Shown piece by piece: positions 26,941 through 40,440 of a DNA stretch of 64,000 bases (position 1 is its first letter; the number at the start of each line of letters is the position of its first letter). The DNA is from Setoptus koraiensis (lineage: Eukaryota > Animalia > Arthropoda). The notes under the pieces are model-generated. The model had not been told where the DNA came from. It did not search any database and worked only from the letters and a program-made list of their open reading frames with translations. The DNA lies in contig CM106586.1 in the NCBI GenBank assembly GCA_048013815.1, positions 21,142,001 to 21,206,000 of the forward strand. Direction: 5' to 3'. The position numbers and the translations under genes are program-made.

Positions 26941-29440
26941 AAGAGTTATTGCGACAAGTGACCAATAATAGAGTTTGCATCATCGACAGCTGATTGCAGT
27001 TTGCAGATTGCGGTTGTTGTGCGCCGCTGTGACAACCACAAATTCATTTCATCTGACAAGTGTGACAAGTGTGACAATTGCGACACGAACACGAAGCGCC
27101 ATCGTCGGCCAATTTGAGCAGCATCGTCGGCCAATTAGCGACAGCCGAAACAAGCAACACCGACACACACACACACCAAAACAAACAGCGTACAAACTGA
27201 GAATTGACAACGGAGCAGACAAACGGGCAATTATTGTAATATCAACAACAAGCGAACAGGTGAGTAAAAGTGCCAACAACGCACAGCTCGTTGGTACATT
27301 GTTAATTGGCGTCTTGCGCAATTTATCATGTCGTAGCAGCGCTTAAACGGCGTTTGTTGGTTTAAATTGTTTATTTTTGTTAGTTTGTGTATGTGTGCAA
27401 ATTGAGCAAACAAAACAGGGCATAAAAAGAGAGCGAAAACAAAGGCGAGCGAGACGGGGGAGAGCGGCCCAAACAAAGCTAATGAAGACATTGCGCAATT
27501 GCCATGGCGCGCTCTGATCGATCATGCCGGCCAGCTCTGAGTCAGTTGTCAGTGTTGCGCAACCCGGTCATGCCACAAACAACTCGCTCATCCCCGCTCA
27601 CCTGGCCAGACACTAAATCATAATGGTCCCTTAAATGGGCGCTTGCCGGCGCTTGCGATCGCACCGAGCGACGGCTCGCAGCCGGTGCCAGTGCGACCGG
27701 CCAAACGAGATGAGCTCTATTAGATTGCAGCCGAGCGCAATCTAATAAGCGACCGATCAGCTGGCCGGCGAGAATTCCCTGTTTTTGCTGGCCAGAATTC
27801 GCTGGCTGGCCAGCCAGCGAATTTGCTCGCCAGCCAGCGAGAATTTGCTCGCCAGCCAGCGAATTCTGAAGCGAAAATGGCCGGCCGGCCGGCCAAACTG
27901 ATTATGATTGGTTGTTGGGCCGAATGGCTGCATTGATCGAGGCGGCCATTAGAGCGGCCGTGCGCAGATAATATCTGCACATTTGCATCATATCGAGGCT
28001 CGCCGCTCGACATGATGCAAACATGAGTGTGCTAACTAAACTAAATTGCGGCCGATATATTCGCCCGCGGCTTGCCAGTTGCGCCACTTGGGCTGTTGCA
28101 ACGCCGATAGTTTATTGCCAATATGCAACCAAACTGCACCACAATGCAGCCGGCTGATACAGGTGAGACGCAGCCAGCCAACACATACGTAACAGAGCCA
28201 AATATACGTAACAGAGCTAATACGTAACAGGGCAACAGCATCATCGCTATTTAATCAAACCGTTGCTAATGGAGCAGAGCAACGGCCAGGCGACACATGA
28301 ACGCCGACTCTCGAGCTGTCGAGCTCGCATGCGGCAACAGGTTGAGATTGAATGAGACGTTTGCCAGCATTTGCCAGAGTCGGCCGGCTCGACGCTCGCA
28401 TTTGCGGCGCCGATCGCGAGTGCTCGCCAATCCCGACTCGGCGCCAATCCCGACTCGGCGCGAATCGGACACCCAACAGCAAGTTGAATTGTGCGCTCGA
28501 TCGATCCGGTGGCATCGCGCTGAATTGTTCGCCATTTCGCAGTCACTGTTTGTTTATTTTCATTTCGCAACCAATCAAGCACCGACTAATTAACTGTTGG
28601 CACAAACTGTCTGCTTTTGCCAGCTCCAAGGTGGCGCTCACCTGTTGCCGCTGCGCAACAACGCGTTTGCCGATGCACGACACACGTAATCTGTCGACGT
28701 TATCCGGTCGTCAGATCGTCAGATTTTCAGATTTTCGGATCGTCAGACTGCCGTTTTGTGTCGGTGTTTTGTGCTGGCGAGAAACAAGCACAAGTGAATA
28801 GTACGATGCATGATGACGCAACGGGCAATCGACCAGCAGATCGTATATAAACACAATCAGCTGTTTTGGGTGGTCACTTTCGGATAAATGGCACCTTGAG
28901 CAACATCCGGGCTGCGCAACGCAACGCATACGCAATACGAAATACGAAATACGCAATACGTTGTGAGCATCACGGTCACGGTCACCGTCGTGGCGGTGGC
29001 ATGAGCTATTGGTCTGGCCGGCGGAGTTGGTAGTTAATAAAAGTTTGTATATTAGTTAGTATGATGATTATATAATCGTGTTATTGGTGGCATTGCGCAA
29101 TGGCGTGACTCGCTCTGATTTTGATTGTGCCAATTGTTGCGCAAGCCCGATTGCGATCTGCAAAAGACGCTAATGAGTTTGTGAGCGTCTAATCTAAGAA
29201 GCGAGCAATTGAAAATACGCGCACAAGCGCCCCAAGTGGCCAACTAGAGATCGTATCTCGAGATCTCGATATCTCGTTGCCAAGCAATTTTTTCATCAAG
29301 TGCTACCAGCTATTCATTGGGCAACAACAGGCGCTGCTGACCATTGCTGGCCATACTGCATTATGATGCAACAATGATGCAACTCTAATCATCGTGCTAA
29401 TTGACGATGCACTCAGCTTCTGGTAATTACTGTTGCCTTT

Positions 29441-29658
29441 GTTGTTCGGCTGTTGTTTGGTCGTTGCTGCTGCTGTTTGGTTGTTGCTCGGTCGTTGTTT
29501 GGTCGTTGTTTGGTTGTTGTTTGGTTGTTGTTTGGTTGTTGCTCGGTTGTTGCTGTTGCTCGGTTGTTGCTGTTGCTCGGTTGTTGCTGTTGCTCGGTTG
29601 TTGCTCGGTTGTTGCTGTTGCTCGGTTGTTGCTCGGTTGTTGCTGTTGCTCGGTTGTG
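29441..29658. repeat. Compound GTT/CTCGGTTGTTG repeat
   Basis: Tandem GTT-based units. Confidence 0.85.
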
Positions 29659-32600
29659 GTCGTGGGCGCCAGCGGCGCGCGCATCTGCCAAGCATCGGTC
29701 GGCCGGCTACGTAATCGGCGGCATGAGGGCGTCGGATTGGGCGACTCTTTGTTTGTCCTATTGCTCTCATAACGTGCGCTGTGATAACGCATGCCAAACA
29801 TATCGCCTGGCATCGTTGGACAAACAACGGATCACGTCTATTGCATCATCGTCTATTGTTGCGATATCGTCGTTGTTTCAAATATCCAACTGACTGATAT
29901 CGTCGACATGACGACGAGCGATTTTGCAGTGATTTTTTCTCGCCAGAGAGCGGTTTTTCTCGGTCATTTTGTTGCTGAAATGAACAAAATGGCTCCCACA
30001 TACCCGCGGCTACCTGTACGCGGGTCGTCCGACGGTGGGGCGTGCCCGTGCAGTGTCCATTATCGCATCAGCTGGTTTCTGGGTGGCTCCCTCGGCCCTC
30101 GTTTATCTGTTGCTTTCATCGCTTATTTCGCCGTGATCGTGTTCATCTTGAGCTCCCGTGCGTATCTGTGCAATTCTGCGCACAGATACACAAGATACAC
30201 AAGATATACGAGTGCTCTCAAATGTATCCAGAGGCAGCCAACACATTATCGGCTGCACTCCAGAATCTAGAGTCGAGATTTTAGAGCGACAGCAGAGGAT
30301 AATCTCAAATTAGCCATTATGATGCCCGGTGCAAACTTGACCGTCGTGGCCACGCTGCGCACAGGTGAATCACACAGGCGAGCGGCACAGGTGAATCGCA
30401 CAGGTGAATCACACAGGTGAGCGGCGCAGCCGGCACAGTGGGCCGCGGTCGTGCCGGCAGCCGGTGCAGCCATGATTGTTCAATCATGACATTGCACACG
30501 ACGACCTGTTGATTACACTGTATCACACTGTGCAATCAACAATATCTGCCGCCACCATTTCCAGCCAGCCGCCTGTGTTTTGCGCAGCGCCATTAATGGG
30601 GGCTAATCTCGCCCGATTCGCTCGCTCGATCCGCTCGCCCGATTCCCGTCCGGCTGTCTCGTCCGCACTCGACGCGCCCGCCGAATGCGACGGACGAGCC
30701 GCGGAGCGGCCAGTGGCGAGAACTTCTTCTCGCCGGCCGAGCTGCGTGCGATCGTGACTCGCGCCAACTATTAACAGGCTAATTGTTGTTGCTTCTGTTC
30801 TGCGTCCACTTTGGCCACGACTGCGCGCCATCTGCACGGCGCGCAAAACGGCGCCACTGGAGCCGCTGGAGCCACTGGAGCCGCTGGAGCCGCTCGGGCT
30901 GCTCGGGCCGAAAATGGCTCGCACGGCCGCCCGAATCAGCCGCAAAACTATCCCGCTGGAACAGTCCGTCGGTCCAATGGCGCTCGTCAGTCGGCGCTTA
31001 GCTGACTCGAACGGCCAACCAACAAGCGACGCCGGCATGTGTCAGTCGATTATGGCTCGATGTATGATGCAACAGTCAGGCCCTGTTTTGGGCGCCTCGA
31101 CGGCGCCGCCAGCAAGCTAATTAACGGGCGTCATTAATTAATCAATGTTGCCTCAATGATGCAATCCTTTCGCAAATCGCCCGTTTGTGTGTGCTTGTGT
31201 GCGGCCGGCAGCAAACAAAAATAAGTCTCTGGCCGCTTCCGGTTTGACGACTTCGACGGCTCCGGAGGCTGTGGCGCCTCGAACGGCTGCGAGCGACGCC
31301 GCCGAGAGATCGGAGCCGTTCGAGGCGTCACAGCGGCCATCGATGGCTGGCCACTTGCGGGTGTCAGCCAGTTCACGTCAATCCGGCCCGGCCGGCGGGC
31401 AAGCGGAGCCCTTTGGAGCGGACTGGCCAGGGTGCGGCTCGCAGGCTGCCGAGTCACACACACACCTCGAAACTCGATATAATGCTACATATACAATGTC
31501 GATATAATACTACATATACAATGTATCGATATATACATTACAATGGTAATGTGAGATGGGAGTACTCACATGGCAGTAGCCCAGTGGCAACATCGAGTCA
31601 TGGTAACATCGCAATATCACAATATCGTAGCATCGCAACATCGCCAAATCATAACATCGTGGCATCACAATATCGCATTATGAATACATAAACAAATTGG
31701 CGCTGTTAGACACACTCACTTGTGAGTCACTTGTCAGGCGACGTGATTACATCATCGCTATCACATCGGCCGGCCGGCCGGCCTTGGCGCGCCAAGACAG
31801 CACAGGTGAGACAGGTGCCGAGGGGCAGGTGAGAAGCACAGGTGAGTGATAGTCGCCTGACATACTCACGCCGGCATGCAAATTGGCCTGAGTGTGCGTC
31901 AGAATGGGATAGGTGTGCGAGTGTTTGCAAGTGTGTCCGCTAAGTGGCGATTGTGTGTCATGATCGTCCGCTCATGAGCCTCGTGAGAGAGCGATTCCGG
32001 CCCGTCCGGCCGTTGCGGCCATTGCGGCCACTTCGGCCATTGCGGCCACTTCGAGCGCCGGTCAGCGGTCGTTGGGGTTTGGCGAGTGCGAGCGGGCCGG
32101 GCGGCGAGTTTGCAGACAATTTGTCGGCACAGTCAATTTGCTGCAATGTGTCGTCTGGTCGCCAAACTAATGTCAACCGATCGCTGCGCAAGCCCGCAGC
32201 CGACGGCCCGCTCCGCGATTCGCATCGGCCCGAACGCCGCCACAAAGCCCGATGCCGGCCCACCGAAATGTGCGCCAGCGACGCCAAGTGGGCATGACAG
32301 TGACGCAAGCCGGCCTGGCGGCCGGGCTCGAAACGAGGCCGGCGACATTGGCCGATATCGCTGCGGCCGCTATTTGTGTGGATGTGCCGGCCAATTGTCA
32401 ATTGGCGGCCACTTGATATGTTGCGAGTTGCGTCAGCCTAGGGCCAGTGTGCGGCCAATGCGCGGCCAATGTCTCATCGAGTGGCCAGCGGCTCAAATAA
32501 ATGCCATTTCGGTGTGAGAACGGACGCGGTTCTCATCTAACAATTCTCATCAGAATGCGTCTCATCACAGGCCGGTCACAACAGGTTGCGCAAGTTGCGA

Positions 32601-35600
32601 TAACTCATAACTCAACCACAGCCGCAAACGTATATTACGCAATAGTGTATATTACGAGATGCCGAGACCGTCCATTAGAGAGACGCCAATTTAGTGCCAA
32701 TATTCACACACAAACACACCCGGCTCGGGCTCTGTGACCACTGGTCAGTGAGTTTGTGTGTCATGATCGAGAATAATAATCATTAATTAGGCGTCGCTTT
32801 CGATGGGCCGGCGCGCCGATTTGCTCTAGATGCGGCCGCGTTCACACACATTCGCTCGTTGCATTTGCGCACCGTGTAGTTGGCCTGTCAACATCGATTG
32901 GCCGCGTCGCCGCGCTACCCGCGCCGCGCCGCCCGCCGCGGCCGCACCGTCAGCCGCACCATCGGCGACAGCCGCGCTAGCGGCAATGGCCGCGACCGGG
33001 CGGCGGTCGCGCAATGTCGGCGGTGGCGCGCAAACGAGCAGCCAGCAAGCTCAAAGTTTACATGTGAATATATGCGAATGTTGCATAACTGCAGGCAAAC
33101 TCATTCGGCCGCTCGGTACGCAAGCGGCAACAAGCGGCGACGAGCGGCAACAAAATAACAAAATTATCAGATCAGTACACAGCGTTGTTGTTGCGCAATA
33201 ATTAGCGCAAGTTGCGTCATCATGTTTGCCCGTGAGCAAACAACAAGTGGCGCCGTTCGCGCAAACCGAATTCGCGCACAGTGAGCTCGCCAACGACAGC
33301 CAGCCAATGATTATCCGGCGACCGGCCATTCAAATTCAAATAAATCAGAATGAGCCGGCCGGATAAATTATAACTAGAGCAAGTTGTTTGTGCATGCATA
33401 TCGCTGATGATGCGACGACCATGACGAGCACGATGATGGTGCCGCTGATGATGATCCGGTGCTGAATATCTCAATATGCTAAACACTCACCTGAGCAACT
33501 AAACAGCTTTTATCTAATCAGCTGTTGGCCTGGCCAGGTGAGCCGGCGCACAGAGTCATAGGTAACACACCTGTAATGTAACCTAATGTAATGTAACGTT
33601 ACGTAATGTAACGTCATGTAATGGAGCAAACATTTTTGTTCCCATTGGGCTTGTTTGTTGATTGGCAGCAGCACAATTACAAATATAACGAACAAATATT
33701 ACAAACGTCCAGTCTGTCGTCGTTCATCTGTCATGTTGTGTCCGATTCAATCGATAATAAATTCGTAATGAGCGGTAGAGGGCGCCGCCTGTTCCGGCTT
33801 CGGCACCGACAACGCAGTGAGCGCGCTGCATCGAGCGCAAAATCCGCATCGCAGTCGGGCCGGTCATGATGCATTTTGGCCAATAGAGACCGATGATGGC
33901 CAATAGAGTTGTCAAAATGATTAGTGGGTCGGCTCAGCTAGGTGTCGCATGCGTAAACTGGCCGGGCTGTCGTGGAACGGCGCTGCCAGCGCCGACTGTG
34001 GCAGCAGCCAGCGGGATTAGAGGAGACGAGCGAGGGCGAAACGAAAGTCCACAAGCATCCTTGGCCTAATTAAGCTAATTAGCTGGCTTTGGTCGGTGTC
34101 GCCAACTTGGCCGGCGACTCGACAAGCCGCCGCCGAGCCACCGAGAAGCCGCCGAGCCACCGAGAAGCCGCCGAGAAGCCGCCGACGAGCCGCCGAGAAG
34201 CCTGTTTGGCGCCGTGAGACCAAACACCTCGGCTCGCCTGAGAACAAGCTGGCCAGCGGCCAAGCGGCGGCCGGGCCGGCCGGGCAGGTGCAGTGTGCGG
34301 TTGGCGAGGGTGCCGTGTCCGCGAGCAACGACAACTTGTTTGGTTGCGCCTGTTGGCTTGTTGGCGCTGCTGATGCGGTGCCCGTCCAACACCCACAGCC
34401 GACAGCCAGCCTGTCGACTATTCGTCAGAAGCCACAATTACAGCGGACGAGCCAAGCGGCCACGCTACCTGTTCTGTTTCGAAGTGTATATATGACGCAA
34501 TGACAGCGCCGGTTGCGAGCATCGACGTCGCTTCGTGGACATCGTTGGCTCCGTGGGCTTCGTGGGCTTCGTTGGCGTCGCCGGGAGCATGACGAACGCG
34601 ACGAGCACGCCGTTTGTGCGACCCCGCGAAACAACCGTCCAGCGAACCTTCGAAAGAACCTTCGAAAGAACCGTCGAAGGAACCGTCGAAACAACCGTCG
34701 AAACAACAGTCGAAAGAACCGTCCAGAGAGGCTTCGAAGGATCGTTCGAGAGATTGCTCGCCTTTTGTGTGTCTGGACACCGTTTTTTGTCGCGATGCTG
34801 CCTCCAACGGCAAATAAAAGAAATTTTTTTCTTTGAGAAAATGCCCGTTCGTGTGTTACTTTCGCTCGCAGTTAGATACGCACAATGTGAACTGAAATGT
34901 TCCAATGCGCAACAACGATCTCGCCCGGCCGAACCGCATCAGGTCGGGCCGGCTGAATCGGCCGGCCCGCACGTCGGGGCGATCCGCAAGTCGACGGAAT
35001 CCGCACGTCGACGTAATCCGCACGTCGACACAATCCATACACCGACGGGTAGATGTCCGATATTCACGACGTCCGATGTTCACGACGTCCGATCGATTCG
35101 CCGCCGGCCCGGCGACCGTCCGCTAATGACTAATGGACAATGCGCCATTGTCCACCGGTGGCCGATACCGGCACTACTGACACTTGTAAGTCGTCCACTA
35201 TCGACGGATGGTGTCAGCTGACAAGCTGTCTCACGCTGTCCGCGGTTCGATCCGTGCCGTAACTTGGCGCCTCGGCCGCTCTCAAACTGCGATTTCGATT
35301 TGCGATTTCAATTTGCGATTTCAATTTGCGATCTCAATTCGCGATTTCAATTTGCGATTGTGCAATCAGAACGGATCACAAGTGTCCAATTTGCCGCAAT
35401 TGCAGTCGAATCCAGTGGCGAGTTTCCGCGACGTTCGAAGGCGTTCGACGGCGTTCGACGGCGTTCGACGGCGCTCGACGGCGCGAACAGCGGCCGATCG
35501 GAACCGCTCGAACGAGCTGTCAGTGATGCCGTCGCTCGTTTCGAACGGCACAACAGTTGCCGTCGAGCCGACGGTGCCGAGCGCCCCGAGAAGCGCGATG

Positions 35601-38600
35601 ATAAATTGACCGCGGCCGTGCGTCCGCTGCGAGTTGCGCCGGCACCAGCAGCGAGCGCAACATCAATCTCTGTCCGTGCGGCGCAATCGTCTTGATATTC
35701 ACACTTGATCTCATTACTCATCTCATATCCAGATATTCGGTTCATGTTGGGATGCGGCAGCTTATTGAAACGAGCGCCACTGGCCGACAAACGGAACAGA
35801 CCGGCTAAAACCGGCAGCGACACTGACAGACCGACTGAATTTATATATATTTATGGCCAATCGCCATAAATCGACTCTCGGCATCCGCCGGCCAGTTGGT
35901 CAATTTGTGCCAATTTGTGCCAATTTGTGCCGAATTGCGCAATAAGTCAAAACCGGCGAGCAACCTGTGCGACGGGCCGCTCGCTTGTCGCCAATCGACT
36001 CGCATTGTCAATTAATTGAGTGTGTCAATAAATATCCAGTGTGGATATTCATTGAATATCCAGTGAATGGATATTATCAAACATGCGGCCAATGTATTAT
36101 TTATGGCGTGCCAAGTGGAGCACAAATTAATTGACAAAGTGGTGGCTTCTTTCGCGTCATTGATTTCGCCGGCTCCGCCGGCCGATGATCGGGCCTCTTG
36201 GCCGAGCGCTGTGACAGCCATAATGAGTAGCGGCGGCTAGGGCGACTCGCAAGTCTTGCACTCTCGAATCGAGAGTCTCGATCGCGTCGGACACGATCGG
36301 GCGTCGGGCCCGGCACAACTTATGCGGCGGCGGCGGCGGCGGCTAATTGCGGCCAGCGCAAACACGGTACCGCTCGCGGCTTATCCGCGAACTGGCGCCT
36401 CATCGGCGGATTTGCGGCTCTCGGCGCGAATCGGCGCCTGGTCCGCGGATTCGGAGCTCATCCGCGGATTGTCGCGAAACGTTAGCTTGGCGCGTCGGGC
36501 GCCGCGCGGGCATATATCATGGCGCTGAGTGCATTTGTGTGTTAATCTTTGGGCGCTCGCGCCGAGAACCGGGGCCGCCAGTTAAATTGGCCAATCGTTA
36601 GTTACGGTTACGCGTGCTGGCCAGGTGACAAGATTTGCGACAAGACGAGTTCATGTTAGCTGTCACGCGTTGGGGCGACTCATCTTTCTTTTATCCGTCT
36701 GGCGCCCGTTGATTGACTCGCCGATGATCCGGCCGGGCGAGCGTCTGCTGGCGGCAATTCTGTTCTGCGGGCCGCCAGAGATCCGGCCCGCAGAACAGAT
36801 AAACACAATAAACTCGCGCCAGCGACACGTTTGCCAGTGTCTCGCTGACGAGAGCCGCCGAGAGCCGGGCCTTCGATTTATCACCGGCCCGTGGCGCCAG
36901 TGGTTTTATGGCGCGGCCGGGGCACTGAAACGAAACGACACGACACGCCAGAATCGCGCGGCGCGCGCAATTTGCCCGGACAATCCAATAATTCAGGCGG
37001 CCCGCAACATTCTAAATCGGCCCCATTCTAAATCTATGGCCCCGATCTGTGGCACTCAGTTTGCCATTAGTCAGTTTGCGTGGGGCGCCCGCTGGAAGGA
37101 GGCGAAATTTTACGAGCAATAAACACGCAACAAAGATTTTATTTCGTCTCGCGCGGCCCAGCGTCGGGCTCGATATCTCAACACGGGCGCCGTCACCTGG
37201 GCTCTTGCGGCGCCGATTTGCGGCCCGGTTTCGCTGGGGCCCGCGCGGCGGCCGCTGCCGCGGCCGTCGGGCACGCGCCAGAAACTGCGAGCGGCCCGAA
37301 GCAAGAAAAGAAAGCGAAGCGAAGAACAAGAACACGACGATGCGATTAAGTGGATACAATTCTCTAGTTTGTGTGTGTCGTGTTCTGTTTGCTCGGATAT
37401 TTATCTTATCATGTACATTGTGCTTGTCGGATTGTCGTCGGGCCGGCCAAATAAAACGGCGGCGCATTTGCACAGCGCGCCGCCGTTTTATTTGTTTGTG
37501 TGCGTTGGGGGGGGGCGCGCGCGTGCTCACGAGCCTCAAGAGACCGCCGACGCACAACTGGGGCCCCATCGCAAGCTTTGCAACAACAATTGCCGGGCGC
37601 CGTTTGGCCCCTTTTGGTGACGATTTGGCCAGCGACTGGCGGCGACAACGAGAACGTGGTGCCAATTCTCGCACTGCGCGCGCCATGTTTGTCCATTTGT
37701 CTGTCCATTCTGGCGGCGCCCGGTCGCCCCCAGCGCAACCGCAAGCGCGTTGCCGGCAATAACAATAATAGAAAAATAACAGCCTCACAGGTCGGCACGG
37801 GCAATGCGGCCCGACTGACCGCCGTGCCCGTGTGTGGCTCCCCGATTGAGCGTCGCCGCGACGCTGCGTCCGGCCACAACTCACCTTCGCACCGATGGCA
37901 TTTGGTGGCCCCGATCTCGTTTTGTCCGCTCGAGTGCTCGCCCCAAACCACCGACCGTCGCAGCGGGCCGCCAGTGCGACGGTGGCGCCAACGCGACAGC
38001 AGCGCTAAAGGGGCCAACGGCGAGCCAAGGGGCCAACGGCGAGCCAATGGGGCCAACGGCGCGCCAAAAAGTGTCACAAAGTGGCAACGAGACACATTGG
38101 CGCTCATTTGCATGCATCAGCAGCGCGTTGTGTGACAGCGCGTTGTTGCGACCGGATCGCCGGGCCGAAAGTTTAAAGTTGTCGAGCCATATTGCGTCAC
38201 AATGCGGCCCATTGAATAATAACAGCGTTCGATGACGTTGATTCGACGTCAGTTCATTTGTCGCCCGGCGCGTCTGTTCGTCGATTCAATTTGTGTGTGT
38301 TGGCGCCAATCCGTCCGTATCTGTCCGTTGTAGCGGCCCGCGTCTAATGTTTGTCGGCGCAGGCGGGCGGTCAGCGAGCGGTCCGGTCGGAATCGATCGA
38401 TTGAAACGGCCCATTGAGGCCCCGTAAAACAAAAGCTGCGCCCAAGATTCAATATAATATTATGATATTGCCGACGCTGTTTGGATGCGGCTCAGATCCG
38501 GCTCGGATGTGGCTCAGATGTGGCTGAGATGTGGCTCGTGTTCGGTTGTGAGCCTGTTATGTTAGAAAAGCCGGATGCATTCGGACGCATATGGGCGAAA

Positions 38601-40362
38601 TCGGCCCCAAATCGGTCTCGACGCGCCATGCCGTCACTGGGCCCAGCATTTTGGCCGGCAATGTCGAAATTGGATGAGTGGTGTTGAAAACTTTTCCTTT
38701 TCTGGCCCATTAAAAGCGCCCCGGTCGGCGCCAGGGGCGCTGCAGTCTTTTATTATTATTTTATTTATTTGCCGTTTGGCGTTGTTTGGATGTTGAATGT
38801 TTAAATTCATGCGCCGTTACTTGTTTATTATTATTATTATATAATATATTTAACTGCCGATATCAGTATATTCGTATATTCGTAAGTATATCAGTGTTGT
38901 GCTGATATACTCGTCATGAGATGATGTGGCGCTAATCAAAAACTCACGGCCAGCAATCAATAATAAAATGTCGCTCGCCACAGACCAGTCCAATCTCTTC
39001 GAATTGACACCAATCTCTCTCGGTCAGTGGCTCGTGTGTTTATATCTCGACATGTATGCTTGTGCCGGCCGCGCCACAACTAAACCAATTAATCGTTGGT
39101 CCATTAGTTGCGCAACAACCGCGCTGCAACCATATTAAACCAATTAATTCGTTAATTAATTGGTTTAATTGCAGCGATGCGCCCGTTGCAGCGATCGCTT
39201 TGATAGTGGCCGCCGGACAGTTGCTTTATTCGTCTATCGCAACCTGTGCCCGTGCAACCCGAATAAACGGTAAATCACCGTTGCACTGTCAATTGGACCG
39301 TCAATTTGAGTGTCGATTCGACTGTCCCAATGATAGAGTCACATTTTCATTTTTCGGCCGGTCCATTATTTTTGTTTTCGCCCAAATAGCCACACAGACG
39401 AATTGCTGGCCATCGAGAGTCGAGAGTCGCAACTCGCGACAGTAAAAACAACGATGCAAATACATAATAAAATCACCGCCAATGATGGCTGGCATGCGAC
39501 CGGAAATGGGCCCGTTCTGCTGGCTCGGCATTGATTGGCGCCGGCCAACTGGACACATCAGCGCACAATATTTATTTATTTTCATTTATAACCAAAGTAA
39601 AGATGCTGCTGTGCACAAATTGTGTGTATTCGCGCTGATCGACTTGCACCGATCACTGACAATGAATTGACTGAATTGACTGAATTGACCATCTCTGTCC
39701 GACTGACCGTTATTTTTATTTGCTCCGCCAGCAGTGGCCACACGATATGACTACATATGATATGTATGAGATAAAAATATTATAATTTATAAATAGTGTG
39801 CGCCAACTATTAGTGAAGACATGAAAACATGATGTTTGTTTGTTGGCACTCACTTGAAATGTTAGTGAGTGTGGCGTCGAGCTGGCGTGTCAAGACGCCA
39901 TAAACTTGATACAAGCCCAATGTTATTGTGTGTGTGTGATTGTGTAATAAGAGGCAACCATGGCGCTAATGATAAATATATAAACAAGAATGATAAATCA
40001 TTAAGTATGCAAATGAGATGCCGCTTATAGACATGAAATCGCAAATCAAATCGATGAGGCCACGCTAACATTGTTGTGTCTCGTCATGTTTATAATGTCT
40101 ATAAACGTACGTTTGTAAATGAATAAACGCCATTGTTCATCACTTGAAGCGATCACTTGTGGGCATTCATTGGCGGTCTCGGCAGCGTCGGTCTCGGCAG
40201 CGGCCGTCTCGGCAGTGACAAGACGGGCTGAGATTTGTGTCGAGTAACAGTATCGGTTTCAATTGAGCGAATCACGCACTTGCTTCTGGGTACAATATCA
40301 TTATAATATTTGGCTACGCTCATAACAGCACAACCGATGCGGCGATATACGATACATAACAA

Positions 40363-40440
40363 TAATCATAATAATAATCATGATAATAATCATAATAATA
40401 GTAATAATGATGATAATAATAATGATAATATTAATAATAG
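40363..40440. repeat. Degenerate (AAT)n microsatellite
   Basis: AAT/CAT/GAT trinucleotide run. Confidence 0.85.

Noticed and set aside
15383-32520. Su(H)-type YGTGRGAA sites (15383, 23413, 26506, 32513)
   Set aside because: The count is at or below chance expectation (about 8 in 64 kb), and there is no paired site.
37012-38135. Long overlapping ORFs on both strands (211-290 aa)
   Set aside because: They are GC-rich, Arg/Ala/Gly-biased and open in several frames, with no domain signatures. The same applies to most ORFs in 1-44 kb.
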